Both the position numbers and the translations under genes were made by a program. From an uncultured virus (IMG/VR IMGVR_UViG_3300046747_000409) (lineage: Duplodnaviria; Heunggongvirae; Uroviricota; Caudoviricetes): 64,000 bases of DNA. This document shows positions 1 to 9,823 of the stretch, in pieces. The stretch lies in the IMG/VR virus record IMGVR_UViG_3300046747_000409, one strand, 5' to 3'. The notes beneath the pieces are model-generated. The model saw only the letters and a program-made list of their open reading frames with translations, was not told the origin of the DNA and made no database searches. Position 1 is the first letter of the stretch. Every line of letters begins with the position of its first letter.

Positions 1-1
1 C

Positions 2-346
2 TTGCGCACCACCGGGACAGCCGGGGGCAAGTACACGCGCTATCTCGAACGCACGGCCCACAAGCCCAAGGCACGAAAGGGTCGCCCTTCGTTCAAGGGC
101 GGTAAACGTGGGGAGTTCCGCGCCTCGCGTGCTCAACACCGCAGGGCGGACTTGGTGTGGGCGGGTCGACACGAGTCAATTCGTAAGCGCTCGCACCGGT
201 CCAAGAACCCCCGCAGCGCCCGCCCCGGTGAGAACGACATCCCCACGGTCGTTGTCGTCCGGAAGGGTAAGGGCCGTCGCAATCCGCCGATCACCCCGGC
301 ACAGGCTCGTACCATCAAGCAGGTCTTGCGGATCCACGGGTACTGA
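2..346 (+). CDS. Arg/Lys-rich basic protein (5' partial)
   Basis: Open from window edge; very basic; SKNPR and RRNPP motifs; stop abuts next ATG (TGAcATG). Confidence 0.65.
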   Translation: MRTTGTAGGKYTRYLERTAHKPKARKGRPSFKGGKRGEFRASRAQHRRADLVWAGRHESIRKRSHRSKNPRSARPGENDIPTVVVVRKGKGRRNPPITPAQARTIKQVLRIHGY

Positions 347-347
347 C

Positions 348-1097
348 ATGGCCGGGCGCCCTCGCCGTCGTGCACGTCTGCTCCGCAACCCCCGAGGCAA
401 AGGGAGGCACCGTACCGGAAGAAAAGCCGGGGCGAATGCCGACCGCTACCTAGCTCGCCACGCCAAGAAGACGGTGGTGAGAAAAGGGCGGCGCACGCTC
501 ACACGTCGTGCCTCCGAAAGCCCCTCTCGCCGCCACCGGCGCATGCTGACGCTGGGGGTCAATCCCACGCGCACCGGTGAACCGACGCGTGGTGAGAAGC
601 GCAAGACCAAGTTCCTCGACCACTTGCGTGCTCTTCGCGAGCGAGGCAAGAAAGCCGAACAGGAGCTGAAGCGCCTGACAGGCCGCGGTCGTGATACTTC
701 GGCTCCGGTGCTCACGGCCGACAAGACCGAGACGCAGCTGGCTCACCCTGGCCACTACGCCGCGGAGCTCACCGCCGATCAGCAGTTCCTGAAAGCCCAG
801 GTCGACGAGATCGACCGGACCATGGCCGACGTGCGCGACCAGATCCGCGGCCTCGGGGATGCGGACGAAGCCCTTGCCGATGAATTGAGTGATCAGCTGG
901 TGAAATTGGCCAAGCAGAGGGCAGCGCTCAAGGCCCCGATCGTCGCAACCAACCCTCGGCGCCGTTGCGTGCTAGGTAGCAGGGGGAAACGGGCCTATAG
1001 CCGTGCGTTGCGACGCTGGTGCCACACTCTACGCTCCAACCCGGCAGGCGTGGGTATGCGAAGTGCGAAGCCGGGGACTCGGCGCCGTCGGCGCTGA
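348..1097 (+). CDS. Basic protein with coiled-coil segment and four xNP motifs; putative virion core protein
   Basis: ATG 348 right after upstream stop; LRNP, GVNP, ATNP, RSNP; heptad region FLKAQVDEID...LAKQRAAL. Confidence 0.7.
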   Translation: MAGRPRRRARLLRNPRGKGRHRTGRKAGANADRYLARHAKKTVVRKGRRTLTRRASESPSRRHRRMLTLGVNPTRTGEPTRGEKRKTKFLDHLRALRERGKKAEQELKRLTGRGRDTSAPVLTADKTETQLAHPGHYAAELTADQQFLKAQVDEIDRTMADVRDQIRGLGDADEALADELSDQLVKLAKQRAALKAPIVATNPRRRCVLGSRGKRAYSRALRRWCHTLRSNPAGVGMRSAKPGTRRRRR

Positions 1098-1123
1098 CTT
1101 GGTGATGAGGACGTCTGCTACGC

Positions 1124-1156
1124 GAACCCCTGGGTACTCCGGGGGTTTGTCGTTTC
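1124..1156 (+). terminator. Putative intrinsic terminator
   Basis: AACCCCTGG...CCGGGGGTT imperfect stem followed by TGTCGTTT after stop 1097. Confidence 0.45.
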
Positions 1157-1186
1157 GGGCCGCCTCGGACGAGCTACGATAGCTCC

Positions 1187-2845
1187 ATGGACTTCAATCG
1201 CCCGCGCATGGTCCCAGCGACCCGCATGATCCACACGTCGCGGCCGGGCATGATTCCTGCCACCTCACGGAAGCTCGTCCCCCAGCTGGCAATCGGGTAT
1301 GGTATCGCCCAGCGCGCCACCGGTACCACGTACGTGAATGCCCGCCCCGAGGACCGATTCGCTGTGATGAGCGGCATGGGTGCCCTGGCAGAGTTCGGTG
1401 ACCTCGCAAACGGTGTCGCGGCTCAGGCAGAGTTCCGGACCCTGCTGGAGACCCACATCAGCGCCAAGGCCGGTCCAGCCTACCTCGCCAACGCCAAGGC
1501 CGCCCCGACGCTGGGTGGCGCAATCGGCATGGCCGCCAGCGCGTTCACCCTCGGTGAAGCCAACGGCCTCGACCCGGTGGCGCAGGCCTCCTGGAATCAG
1601 TGGCGTGCAGCCGCCTCGGGCCCCAACAGCGACTACAACATCTACTGGATGTTCGGCCGCATGGTGCAGATGAACAAGGACGCGCTGACGACCGCCTGGG
1701 TCACCGCCAAACAATCTGGTTGGTGGGACGATGTGACCGCCGCTCAGGCCAGCTTCACGTTGCTCGATTCGAGCACCACCGGCACCACGTGGCTGGGCGG
1801 CACCACGGTCACCAGCAAGCTCGATAACAGCCAGTGGTCCTCCGTGTTTGTGAAGGCCTGGGCCGCACTGCAGAAGGGCGTGAACGGGCAAGTGCTGTCG
1901 CTCACGTATCTCGACGTGTTGGTGAAGGGCATGCTCGCGGCTCCTGCTTCGCGCCGCATGCCGATGTTCCAGCCACCTCCCGGTAACCTGCCCGCGAACG
2001 ACCCGGCCGCCGTGGCGTTCCGCGCCATGTTGAAGCAGTTCGGCTGGAACGACGTCGTGCACGAATGGTACACGTACACGGCGCAGGCCTGGGCTGCTCA
2101 GTCGGATGCTCAGGACTCACAGGATTCGACCTACGCCTCCGTGATCACGGGGCTCAACTACCTCAGCGGCAAAGCGATCTACGACCAGATCAACGCGAAG
2201 CTGCAGGATTACTGGAGCGCACGCACCGATGCGGCGGCACAGCTCAAGGTTTTCGACACTCTTGCGAAGGGGCCTCTCAGTGGACAAATTCCGCAAGCCG
2301 ACACCGCGGCAATGGCCGCAATACGTCAATCCTTCCTGGATACAGACTCGCGCGCCGTTGGTACGCTCACGCCCCTCGGCCTTTGGCCCGCTGGGCAAGC
2401 CCAGGGGGCGGCGGCCCTCAACGGACTCCACGGACTGAACGGCCGGGGGCTCAGTGACCTCGGGTTGGTCCAGGTGATCCTCGCCGGCGCCGTCGCGGTT
2501 GCTGCTCTCGGCGTCGTGGCCTACATCGTCGCGACGATGACCAAGACCGCTCGGGACGCTGCAGCTCAGACCAAGGCCACGACCGACAGCATCCTCGCGA
2601 CCGTCGACGCCCTGAAAGCCAGCTGCACGACCACGTACATGGCCTCAGCCAAGGACGCTCCTGCCAACGCGGCATATCAGGACTGCTTGATGAAGACGAA
2701 GACGCTGACCGACACGATCCCGGATGTTCCGGAGTCGAGCTCGGATCCACTCGGTCTCGGCAAGATCGTCATGCTCGCCGGCATCGCCCTGGTCGGCATC
2801 GTCGCCCTCAGCGCCATGAAGAACAAGAAGTCGTCGGCACCGTGA
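1187..2845 (+). CDS. 552-aa membrane-anchored putative virion protein
   Basis: Long ORF; MSGMG and LNGLHGLNG motifs; internal TM (VILAGAVAVAALGVVAYIV) and C-terminal TM followed by KNKK. Confidence 0.8.
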   Translation: MDFNRPRMVPATRMIHTSRPGMIPATSRKLVPQLAIGYGIAQRATGTTYVNARPEDRFAVMSGMGALAEFGDLANGVAAQAEFRTLLETHISAKAGPAYLANAKAAPTLGGAIGMAASAFTLGEANGLDPVAQASWNQWRAAASGPNSDYNIYWMFGRMVQMNKDALTTAWVTAKQSGWWDDVTAAQASFTLLDSSTTGTTWLGGTTVTSKLDNSQWSSVFVKAWAALQKGVNGQVLSLTYLDVLVKGMLAAPASRRMPMFQPPPGNLPANDPAAVAFRAMLKQFGWNDVVHEWYTYTAQAWAAQSDAQDSQDSTYASVITGLNYLSGKAIYDQINAKLQDYWSARTDAAAQLKVFDTLAKGPLSGQIPQADTAAMAAIRQSFLDTDSRAVGTLTPLGLWPAGQAQGAAALNGLHGLNGRGLSDLGLVQVILAGAVAVAALGVVAYIVATMTKTARDAAAQTKATTDSILATVDALKASCTTTYMASAKDAPANAAYQDCLMKTKTLTDTIPDVPESSSDPLGLGKIVMLAGIALVGIVALSAMKNKKSSAP

Positions 2846-3198
2846 ACGACCCGCTGCTCACGGAAGCGTCTGAAACGCCGATCGCTCCTGATGACGTGTT
2901 GGTGCAATTCAGGGACGGCCCTGAAGCCTCTGCCATATGCGCCCCTGGGGAGATCAGCTGGATGTGGTGGTGCCCTGGCTGCAAGTGTGGCCACTGGACC
3001 CGGACCAAGGGCAGGTCGCCGTGCTGGGGCTGGAACGGCTCGAAGGCGAAACCGACGTTCAGCCCGTCCATCCTGGTCACCTCGCAGAACCGCTGCCACA
3101 GCTTCGTGATCGACGGCGTGATTCAGTTCCTGGGCGACTGCACGCACGAGCTGAAGGGTCAACACGTGCCTATGACGTTGAACAAGGACTGGATCTGA
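2842..3198 (+). CDS. DUF6527-like Cys/His metal-binding protein
   Basis: WWCPGCKCGH, WNG..KPTFSPSILV, CHSFVIDG.IQFLGDCTH.LKGQ pattern; GTGA overlap. Confidence 0.75.
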   Translation: MNDPLLTEASETPIAPDDVLVQFRDGPEASAICAPGEISWMWWCPGCKCGHWTRTKGRSPCWGWNGSKAKPTFSPSILVTSQNRCHSFVIDGVIQFLGDCTHELKGQHVPMTLNKDWI

Positions 3199-3211
3199 CA
3201 TAGGCTCCGGC

Positions 3212-3865
3212 ATGGATGCCTTCGTTCCAGACGCCGACGTTCGCTCCGTATTCGCCAGCAAGGAGCTGGTCGGACTCGCCGGCCTCACCCCCGTTCCCAA
3301 GACGACCGACTTCACCTGTGCCGCCGCTGCCGTGGCGACCTGCCTGCGTTACGTCGGTCAGGTGGCAAACGAATACCAATGCGCCGAGGCGCTCGGTACC
3401 AACCGGGTGGTCGGGGCGACGGCCCCCGACATTCTCAAATACCTGTCAGGCCGCGAACTCTACGCCACCGCCTGGAAGAATTACCCAGTGCGCCGCATGA
3501 TCGAGCGCATCGTCCTGGGCAAGCTCGTCATGGTCGACTGGGGCGACTGGGGCGGACACTGGACGGTCGTGGCTGGTTATGACCCCTCCAGTAATGCGAT
3601 TGTTTTCGCTGATCCGGCGCGGCCTCGGGGTCGCTTCAGTGCCTTCACCCTCGATCATTTCACCCGGTGCTGGGTGCGCCCTGAATCCGAGAATACCGCT
3701 CATCAGGCCCGCCAGTTGGTGATCGACATCGACCGCCCCTCCATCGGCAAGTCGCGGGCCGGGGTCGAGCCTGAACACAAGCACCGCACGGACTTCCGCA
3801 TTCAGGATTGGAACAAAGGCGTGCGCATTCAGCGACGGGCTGCCGTGGGAGCGGCACAGGCCTAG
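3212..3865 (+). CDS. Papain-fold C39-like cysteine peptidase
   Basis: TDFTCAAAAVATCL (catalytic Cys), GGHWTVVAGYD (His), FADPA (Asp). Confidence 0.8.
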   Translation: MDAFVPDADVRSVFASKELVGLAGLTPVPKTTDFTCAAAAVATCLRYVGQVANEYQCAEALGTNRVVGATAPDILKYLSGRELYATAWKNYPVRRMIERIVLGKLVMVDWGDWGGHWTVVAGYDPSSNAIVFADPARPRGRFSAFTLDHFTRCWVRPESENTAHQARQLVIDIDRPSIGKSRAGVEPEHKHRTDFRIQDWNKGVRIQRRAAVGAAQA

Positions 3866-3896
3866 AGCCAAGGCCGGAAGAGGGTACCATAGGCAC

Positions 3897-4655
3897 ATGC
3901 CGCGCCTCCTGTGGATCCTATTGCCGATCGCGCTCCTGCTGACCGGGTGCGGCAATGCTCGGCTTGTGGTCCCCCCACCGCTTCCGCCCCTGGTCGAGAT
4001 TGTGACCCCGAAGACGGCGGCCGAACAGAACGTCGTGGATGCTCAGGCGGAGGTCGACAAGGCCCGTAAAGGTGGCGACGCCCTCACCGTCCTGACGGCC
4101 GAACAGAAGTACGCGCGAGCCGCTGCCAAGCTGGCCTTTCAGCAAGCCAAGGAATGGCAGCAGGTCGACGCCGACAAGACCAAGGAGATCACCGACGAGC
4201 GTAATGCCCGGCGGCAGCTCTTCTTGTACGTGCTCAGCGGCGTGGTGGGCCTCCTGGCCATCTTGGCTGCCGTTGGTGCCTTCGCGTGGCCGACTGCCCG
4301 CCCCATCTTCCGCCCGGTCGCTATTTTCCTAGGCCTCCTGGTTCCTGCTCTGCTGTTCGCGGCATGGCTCGTCCCGTACCTGGAGTGGATCGCCGGCGGC
4401 ATCGGCGTGATCATCATCGGGGTGGGTGGTTGGTTCATGGCCGACAACGAGCGGCGCCACAAGCTGAAGGACCGCACCACCGAGCAAGTGGTCGAGGCGG
4501 TCGGCGACGCGAAGAGGCAGATCCCCGAGTTCAACAACCGGTACAAAGACATCTTCCGCGGATGCATCGACACGGACGTCGACCAGCACCTCGATCTCAC
4601 CAGGGCTCGCCTCGCCGATGATGCGCAGGCCGCCGCACGCAAACTGCTCCACTGA
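3897..4655 (+). CDS. Lipoprotein with coiled coil and about 3 TM helices
   Basis: Signal peptide with lipobox LLTGC; helical charged segment; hydrophobic stretches LFLYVLSGVVGLLAILAAVGAF, AIFLGLLVPALLFAAWLV, WIAGGIGVIIIGVGGWF. Confidence 0.75.
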   Translation: MPRLLWILLPIALLLTGCGNARLVVPPPLPPLVEIVTPKTAAEQNVVDAQAEVDKARKGGDALTVLTAEQKYARAAAKLAFQQAKEWQQVDADKTKEITDERNARRQLFLYVLSGVVGLLAILAAVGAFAWPTARPIFRPVAIFLGLLVPALLFAAWLVPYLEWIAGGIGVIIIGVGGWFMADNERRHKLKDRTTEQVVEAVGDAKRQIPEFNNRYKDIFRGCIDTDVDQHLDLTRARLADDAQAAARKLLH

Positions 4656-4662
4656 GGCCCTC

Positions 4663-6150
4663 ATGCGTCGTCAATCCAACGTTCCTCTGGTCGCCGGTCT
4701 CTCTGCGGGCGTCTATCTCGCTGCCGCGGCCGGAGTGTGGGCGTTCTACAAGTTCGCCCAATCCAGCAGTGGCGTTGAAGGCCTCGGTGCGTTCGGTGGT
4801 CCTCGCGTGATGAAGGCCAAGGGTCGCCGGGTCAAGCAAGCGAAGGCTCGCCGCATCAAACGCGCTGGTGCCGTGGATCGGCGCACCCGCCGGGTGATCG
4901 CCAAGCCGATGAACGGCCTCGAAGGCTTGGGCGATCTGGGTTGGGGCGGGAGTATCGGCAAGGCGGTGAGTGGTGCGGCGAAGGCCGCGACCTCGGCCGT
5001 CTCAACGGTCGCCAAGCCCGTCGCGGCAGTTGCCAAGCCCGTCACCGCGGTCGTCTCATCGGTCGTTAAGCCGGTGGTCGCGGTGGCCAAGCCGGTGCTC
5101 GCCACTGGTGGTCGTACCGTCGGTAACACCGCGACCGTGGTGTACTCCGGCGCAAAGGCACGTGGTCCCGTTGCCCTCGCCAAGCCCCTGGCCGCGGTCG
5201 TGAAGCCGGTCGCTGCGGTCGTCAAACCCGTCGCGGTTGCAGCTAAGCCCTTCACCTCGGTCGTCTCCTCGGTGACCAAGCCGCTCGCCGTGGTGACCAA
5301 ACCAGTCACGTCGGTTGTCTCATCGGTAGCCAAGCCGGTGACCAGTACCATTCAGTCGGCAGCGCCCTACGTCTTCAAGGGCGCTGAGACGATCGCCACG
5401 TCGCCGCTGAAGGTCACGCGCGAGGCCATCCGCCCGGTGAAGCCGCTCAACAAGCTGGTCGGTCACCACCTCGATCGTCCGCTCACGGCCGCCGACAAGG
5501 CCACTCAGCAAGCAACGTTGGTTGCCACCGGCAGCAGCCCGAAAACTCCAGCGGCGGGGACCACGACCACGAACGTCGTCACGCAAACGCAGTACGTGGA
5601 CGCGAGCGGTAACCCGATCACCGAGGCGCAGTACCACGAGCTGATGGCCCACGTCAACGACCCGGTCTACCAGGACGCCAGCGGCAACATCATCACGAAG
5701 GCCCAGTACGACGAGTTGATGGCCCATGCCAACGACCCGGTGTATCAGGACGCCAGCGGTAACACGATCACGAAGGCGCAGTACGACGCACTGATGGCCG
5801 AGTACGCCGCGGCGCAAGCCGCACCACAGACGCAGGTATCTGCTCCTGCCGCCCTGACTCCGACGCCGACCATGCAGGTGGCTGCCCCCGCTTCACAATC
5901 GCAGCAGGTGCCGACGGCGCTCGACCCAACGGCTATGGTACAGGGCGGAAGTGGTGCATCATCGCAGTACTCCTCCAGCGCGCTCCCATCCGACGCTGGG
6001 TCAACGTCGACGGGCTCCAGCTCGATCACGTCGCCCTCGACCGCGATGACCCCGGCCGCAGCTGCTCCGGCTCCTGCAAGTTCGGCATCGAAGTACGCCG
6101 CACTGCTGTTGATTCCACTCGCCATCGGGTTCATGCACAAGGACGGTTGA
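4663..6150 (+). CDS. Repeat-rich membrane protein (N- and C-terminal TM), putative virion protein
   Basis: ATG 4663; VEGLG and LEGLGDLG motifs; KP(V/L)xxVx repeats; 3 x 25-aa repeats; C-terminal TM. Confidence 0.8.
   Translation: MRRQSNVPLVAGLSAGVYLAAAAGVWAFYKFAQSSSGVEGLGAFGGPRVMKAKGRRVKQAKARRIKRAGAVDRRTRRVIAKPMNGLEGLGDLGWGGSIGKAVSGAAKAATSAVSTVAKPVAAVAKPVTAVVSSVVKPVVAVAKPVLATGGRTVGNTATVVYSGAKARGPVALAKPLAAVVKPVAAVVKPVAVAAKPFTSVVSSVTKPLAVVTKPVTSVVSSVAKPVTSTIQSAAPYVFKGAETIATSPLKVTREAIRPVKPLNKLVGHHLDRPLTAADKATQQATLVATGSSPKTPAAGTTTTNVVTQTQYVDASGNPITEAQYHELMAHVNDPVYQDASGNIITKAQYDELMAHANDPVYQDASGNTITKAQYDALMAEYAAAQAAPQTQVSAPAALTPTPTMQVAAPASQSQQVPTALDPTAMVQGGSGASSQYSSSALPSDAGSTSTGSSSITSPSTAMTPAAAAPAPASSASKYAALLLIPLAIGFMHKDG
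5593..5805 (+). repeat. Intragenic tandem repeat, 75-bp period, about 3 copies (YxDASGNxITxAQYxxLMA)
   Basis: Units start 5593, 5668, 5743. Confidence 0.9.
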
Positions 6151-6151
6151 A

Positions 6152-7432
6152 GTGACCTATACCCGCCTCAAGGCCCCAGCTCCTCGCCCTGTCTACGCTC
6201 AGCCGATGTATCGGATGACGCCGGCGGCAGTGCGTCGTGTCGCGGGTCTGGGGTCGCTTGGTCAGGACGTCAGCGAGATCTTCGACAAGCTGACCAGTGA
6301 CATGAAGCAGCAGGCGATCGAACGTGCTGGTGCTCAGCTGGGTCTCTCAGTCGCGCTGAACTCCATCCCAGTGGTCGGGCAGGCGGCTTCGATCGTCCTG
6401 GCGGCGGTCTCGACCCTGGTCGGCGGCATGTACGAGCGCGCTGGAAAAGAGGAGATGGCGAGCTTCCAGGTCGAGTGTAATCAGAAGGTCGCAGCGGCGG
6501 ACCTGATCGTCCAGAACGCGCTGACGGCGGCGATCTCGCAGGAAAAAGACGCCGCCATTCAGCTGGCGATGTCGAGCGATCCGCTGGCCGGTCTTGGCAG
6601 CTACGGAGGCTACGGAGGGACGCGGATGCGCCCCGTCCGTCGTCCCCTGCGCCCCGTAGGCATGGGCGACTTCTGGAGCAACGCCGTAGACGCCGCCAAG
6701 AACTCGGTGCAGACCGTGACGAAGGTGGTTGTGCAGGCCGTGCCGACTCCGGTGACGAAGGCCGTCACCAGGGTAACGGCGGTAGCTGCTCCGGTGGTGA
6801 ACCGGGTGAACACGGTGATTCAGCCAGTGACGTCCAAGGTCAACAGCGACTTGGCTCACAACGCCATCAACCCCCTCAAGCCCGCGCGCGCCATCGTGCA
6901 GCTCGCGACCACCGTCGTTCAGCCCCTCGCGTCGACCGCCGCTTCGATCATCCCAGGTCAGGCGATCTACCAACTCACGCCGCTGGCCCCGATCCTCCTC
7001 GCCGCTCAAGCCGCGTCCAAGGTAGCCTCCTACCTCCCGAGCAACGCCGTCACGGACCTGCTCAAGAAGCCGCAGGAGCAGATCGACCGCGCCTCGGGCC
7101 ACGTTGATGAGGGAATCGATGTAGTGTCGGGCCGCTCCGGGTTGGAATCGGTGCGTGCGGCTATCGAGAAGGCGCGCGCCTTGGTCACGCAGCAGCTCGC
7201 CGATCAGGTGCGCACCAATCTCGCCAACATCGCCTCACCGGAGTACCGGCAGCAATTGCGCATTCAGCTGGCGCAGTTGATCCGCAAGAACATGGCGTTC
7301 CAGATGCTCCAGCCTACCCCCGGCAGCATCACATCACCGGTCACCTCCGTCCCCGCCTTGCCCAAGACCGCTAAGAACTCACTCATCATCGCGGGCGCTG
7401 TGGGCGCTGCCTTCCTCTTCTTTGGCCACTGA
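6152..7432 (+). CDS. C-terminally anchored putative virion protein
   Basis: VAGLG, LAGLG, VGMGD motifs; C-terminal LIIAGAVGAAFLFFGH. Confidence 0.8.
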   Translation: MTYTRLKAPAPRPVYAQPMYRMTPAAVRRVAGLGSLGQDVSEIFDKLTSDMKQQAIERAGAQLGLSVALNSIPVVGQAASIVLAAVSTLVGGMYERAGKEEMASFQVECNQKVAAADLIVQNALTAAISQEKDAAIQLAMSSDPLAGLGSYGGYGGTRMRPVRRPLRPVGMGDFWSNAVDAAKNSVQTVTKVVVQAVPTPVTKAVTRVTAVAAPVVNRVNTVIQPVTSKVNSDLAHNAINPLKPARAIVQLATTVVQPLASTAASIIPGQAIYQLTPLAPILLAAQAASKVASYLPSNAVTDLLKKPQEQIDRASGHVDEGIDVVSGRSGLESVRAAIEKARALVTQQLADQVRTNLANIASPEYRQQLRIQLAQLIRKNMAFQMLQPTPGSITSPVTSVPALPKTAKNSLIIAGAVGAAFLFFGH

Positions 7433-7440
7433 GAGCCCAC

Positions 7441-8019
7441 ATGACTACTCCTCTGATCCAGTCCACGGCGGCGTGGTACAACTCGTTGCCGATGTCGGTG
7501 CAGCAGAAGCTCGCGACTCGCTTGGAGTCGATCTACCGCTCACTGCCTCAAACGCTGCAGTCGAAGTACCAACGTGACGTGATCTCACAGGTCGGCGTCG
7601 CTCCGTTTTCCCCTGCCCTCGACGGCATCAACGGAGGCGGGGGCCTCGGCTGGCTGGAGACCCTCGCCACCACGCTCATCAGCGGCGGTATCTCGCTCGG
7701 CGGTCAGACGATCAACAGCGTGCTCAGCGGCCGGTTGCAGAAAGACCTGCAAGCGAACGCCATCGCCAGCAACGAGCAGATCGCCGCAGCCCAGGCCGCC
7801 GCGTCCAAGCAGGCTCAGGATGCGATCAACGCCGCCCAGGCTGATGCGATTCGCGTCGCTGCGCAGGCGACGGTGATCAAGGCCCAGATCGATGCGGATT
7901 CCGCACAGCAGACCAGCCTCATCAACAGTATCCCCGGTGGCGGCCTCACGTTGCTGGCCGTTGGTGGCGTCGCGGTAGCAGGTATCCTATACGTCGTCCT
8001 GCGAAAGGGCCGCAAATGA
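7441..8019 (+). CDS. C-terminally anchored Ala/Gln-rich protein
   Basis: LDGINGGGGLG; helical AQ-rich region; TM + RKGRK. Confidence 0.8.
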   Translation: MTTPLIQSTAAWYNSLPMSVQQKLATRLESIYRSLPQTLQSKYQRDVISQVGVAPFSPALDGINGGGGLGWLETLATTLISGGISLGGQTINSVLSGRLQKDLQANAIASNEQIAAAQAAASKQAQDAINAAQADAIRVAAQATVIKAQIDADSAQQTSLINSIPGGGLTLLAVGGVAVAGILYVVLRKGRK

Positions 8020-8450
8020 AAATTATGCCATACCCTACTGGGAGAGTCTTCGCTCAACCGCCTCAGCCAGCCCAGGCGCAAGCGTGCCGGTGTCCCGTTG
8101 CTGCTCCTTCGCCTCTGTCGCCAGTCCTCCGTGTTCCGGCTCCCGGAGCGGCTACAAATTGGGCGGCGTTGTTGCAACAAACCAATATAAAACCCAATAA
8201 CCCTCTGCTACTCCCTCGGGTCATGCCTCGCCCGGACCTCAAAGGCCTCGACGACATCCCGCCGGCGATCGTCACCGCGACCGACGAGCCCTTCCGCCTC
8301 GCGCTCGATGAGGGTGCGATCTATATTCAGGGCCAGAAGGTGAACATCGTCGGCGCCCTCGTCAGCGCCCTGGTCGTGAAGACCCTCCTGTTCGGCGGCC
8401 AGCACGCGGCACGTGCGGCGAAGGCCGCGTACAAGCGTGCACGCTCATGA
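8016..8450 (+). CDS. Small membrane protein
   Basis: ATGA overlap; LKGLD; TM then basic tail. Confidence 0.7.
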   Translation: MKIMPYPTGRVFAQPPQPAQAQACRCPVAAPSPLSPVLRVPAPGAATNWAALLQQTNIKPNNPLLLPRVMPRPDLKGLDDIPPAIVTATDEPFRLALDEGAIYIQGQKVNIVGALVSALVVKTLLFGGQHAARAAKAAYKRARS

Positions 8451-8758
8451 CCTACATCACCCCGGACCCGGTCGCCATCCATCAGGACTACCTCCGGAAC
8501 ATCAACGGCGGTCGCCTGCCGAAGTGGGCACGCGTCTTGCAGCCCTCGCCGACGCTGAAGCAGGTTCGTCCCATGATGTCGCCGATGTCCGAGGACTGGC
8601 GTGATGGGCTCCCCGGCGCTGGCGGTGGCGGCAACATCACCAGCCTGACCGGGTGGAGAGACCTCACCCCGCACCAGCGGGCCGCGACCTACGGCGTGGT
8701 GGCTCTCGGTCTCTACTGCTTTGTTCGGACGCTCAACAGTACACGATCCCGGAAATGA
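8447..8758 (+). CDS. Small C-terminally anchored protein
   Basis: ATGA overlap; LPGAG; YGVVALGLYCFV + RSRK. Confidence 0.7.
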   Translation: MTYITPDPVAIHQDYLRNINGGRLPKWARVLQPSPTLKQVRPMMSPMSEDWRDGLPGAGGGGNITSLTGWRDLTPHQRAATYGVVALGLYCFVRTLNSTRSRK

Positions 8759-9345
8759 CCCCATCGGACGCGTTCACTGAAGCCCTCGCCATGGTCCCCA
8801 TGGTGCACCTGCCGGTGACGCAGGGTCAGCGCGTCCTCATCGTCGGCAAAGATGCAGTTCCGGCGGCGATCGTGGCCTTGCGGTACCCGACCACGGTCGA
8901 GGTGGTGATTGTCGATCCGGCTCCTCCGGTGCTGCAAGACAAGCGCGTCCGCACGGTGGCCCGCATGGAAGCCCTCGCTCCCGCCTGGAAGGCTGACCTC
9001 GTGGCCGTGGCGATGCCGGTGATTACGGATTCCCTGGTGCAGGCCGTGTACAACCACCACCGCGCCGACACCGGGGTGGCCGTCTTCGCCCTGGCCCGAG
9101 CGCAGCAGGTTCGGGCCAGCAAGGAACAGCTCCGCAAGCTGTGGTCCTCGGTCCAACCCTACCGCGAGCAGGTGGTCGAGGCCGAGGGCGGGGCGGCGTG
9201 GTTCCTGCTGGCTGGTGATCATGGATTCAAGCGCCACCGCCCGGTCCCGGCGTGGTCCAAGCGGTTGACGGACAAATACCTGCCGGCGCTTTTCACCCTG
9301 GCGAAGGATGAATACGTCCAGGCCTACGGAGGAGCTCATGGCTGA
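8755..9345 (+). CDS. Degenerate spermidine-synthase-like (Rossmann fold) protein
   Basis: EALAMVPMVH..QRVLIVG..ALRYPTTVEVVIVD resembles SpeE EMLxHVP..KRVLIIGGGDG..VLKHPxVExVxxVE; GGGDG motif lost. Confidence 0.6.
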   Translation: MTPSDAFTEALAMVPMVHLPVTQGQRVLIVGKDAVPAAIVALRYPTTVEVVIVDPAPPVLQDKRVRTVARMEALAPAWKADLVAVAMPVITDSLVQAVYNHHRADTGVAVFALARAQQVRASKEQLRKLWSSVQPYREQVVEAEGGAAWFLLAGDHGFKRHRPVPAWSKRLTDKYLPALFTLAKDEYVQAYGGAHG

Positions 9346-9817
9346 TTCCATCCAGGACACGCTCCTGATCTCCGTCGCCAACGTGGCGACCAGCAACCCG
9401 GTCGTGATCGACAAGCGTGCTCAGTTGGCCGCGCTGGCCGAAACCTATTATGAGGCGCTGGATACCTACACCGCCGCCAAACCATGGTTGTTCGCTGCCG
9501 GGCTCCTGGGTGCCCTCCTCTCGGCCGCCGCGGTCACCAAGCGCCGGAAGGTCGGCGAAGCCTGCGTGCTGTACAGCCTGACCGGCGTCGCTTCAGCAGG
9601 GCTCGCCTGGGTTGCCCGGCCTGATGCCCTGCGCAGCGCCCCCACAGCTGCCACGGCCGGTCCTTCCTGGCCTGCTGCCCGTGCGGCGGCCCTTTCCGCT
9701 GCCCACCCTGGTTGGGAAGCAGCCACCTGGGGACGACTGGCAACCGACTTTGGAACGGGTACGATGCTGGCGCAGAACCCCGCTGTTCAGGTACTCCTGA
9801 CGCGCAATACGAAGTGA
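9338..9817 (+). CDS. Two-TM membrane protein
   Basis: GGAGGAG SD before ATG 9338; two hydrophobic segments flanking KRRK. Confidence 0.7.
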   Translation: MADSIQDTLLISVANVATSNPVVIDKRAQLAALAETYYEALDTYTAAKPWLFAAGLLGALLSAAAVTKRRKVGEACVLYSLTGVASAGLAWVARPDALRSAPTAATAGPSWPAARAAALSAAHPGWEAATWGRLATDFGTGTMLAQNPAVQVLLTRNTK

Positions 9818-9823
9818 GACCCC

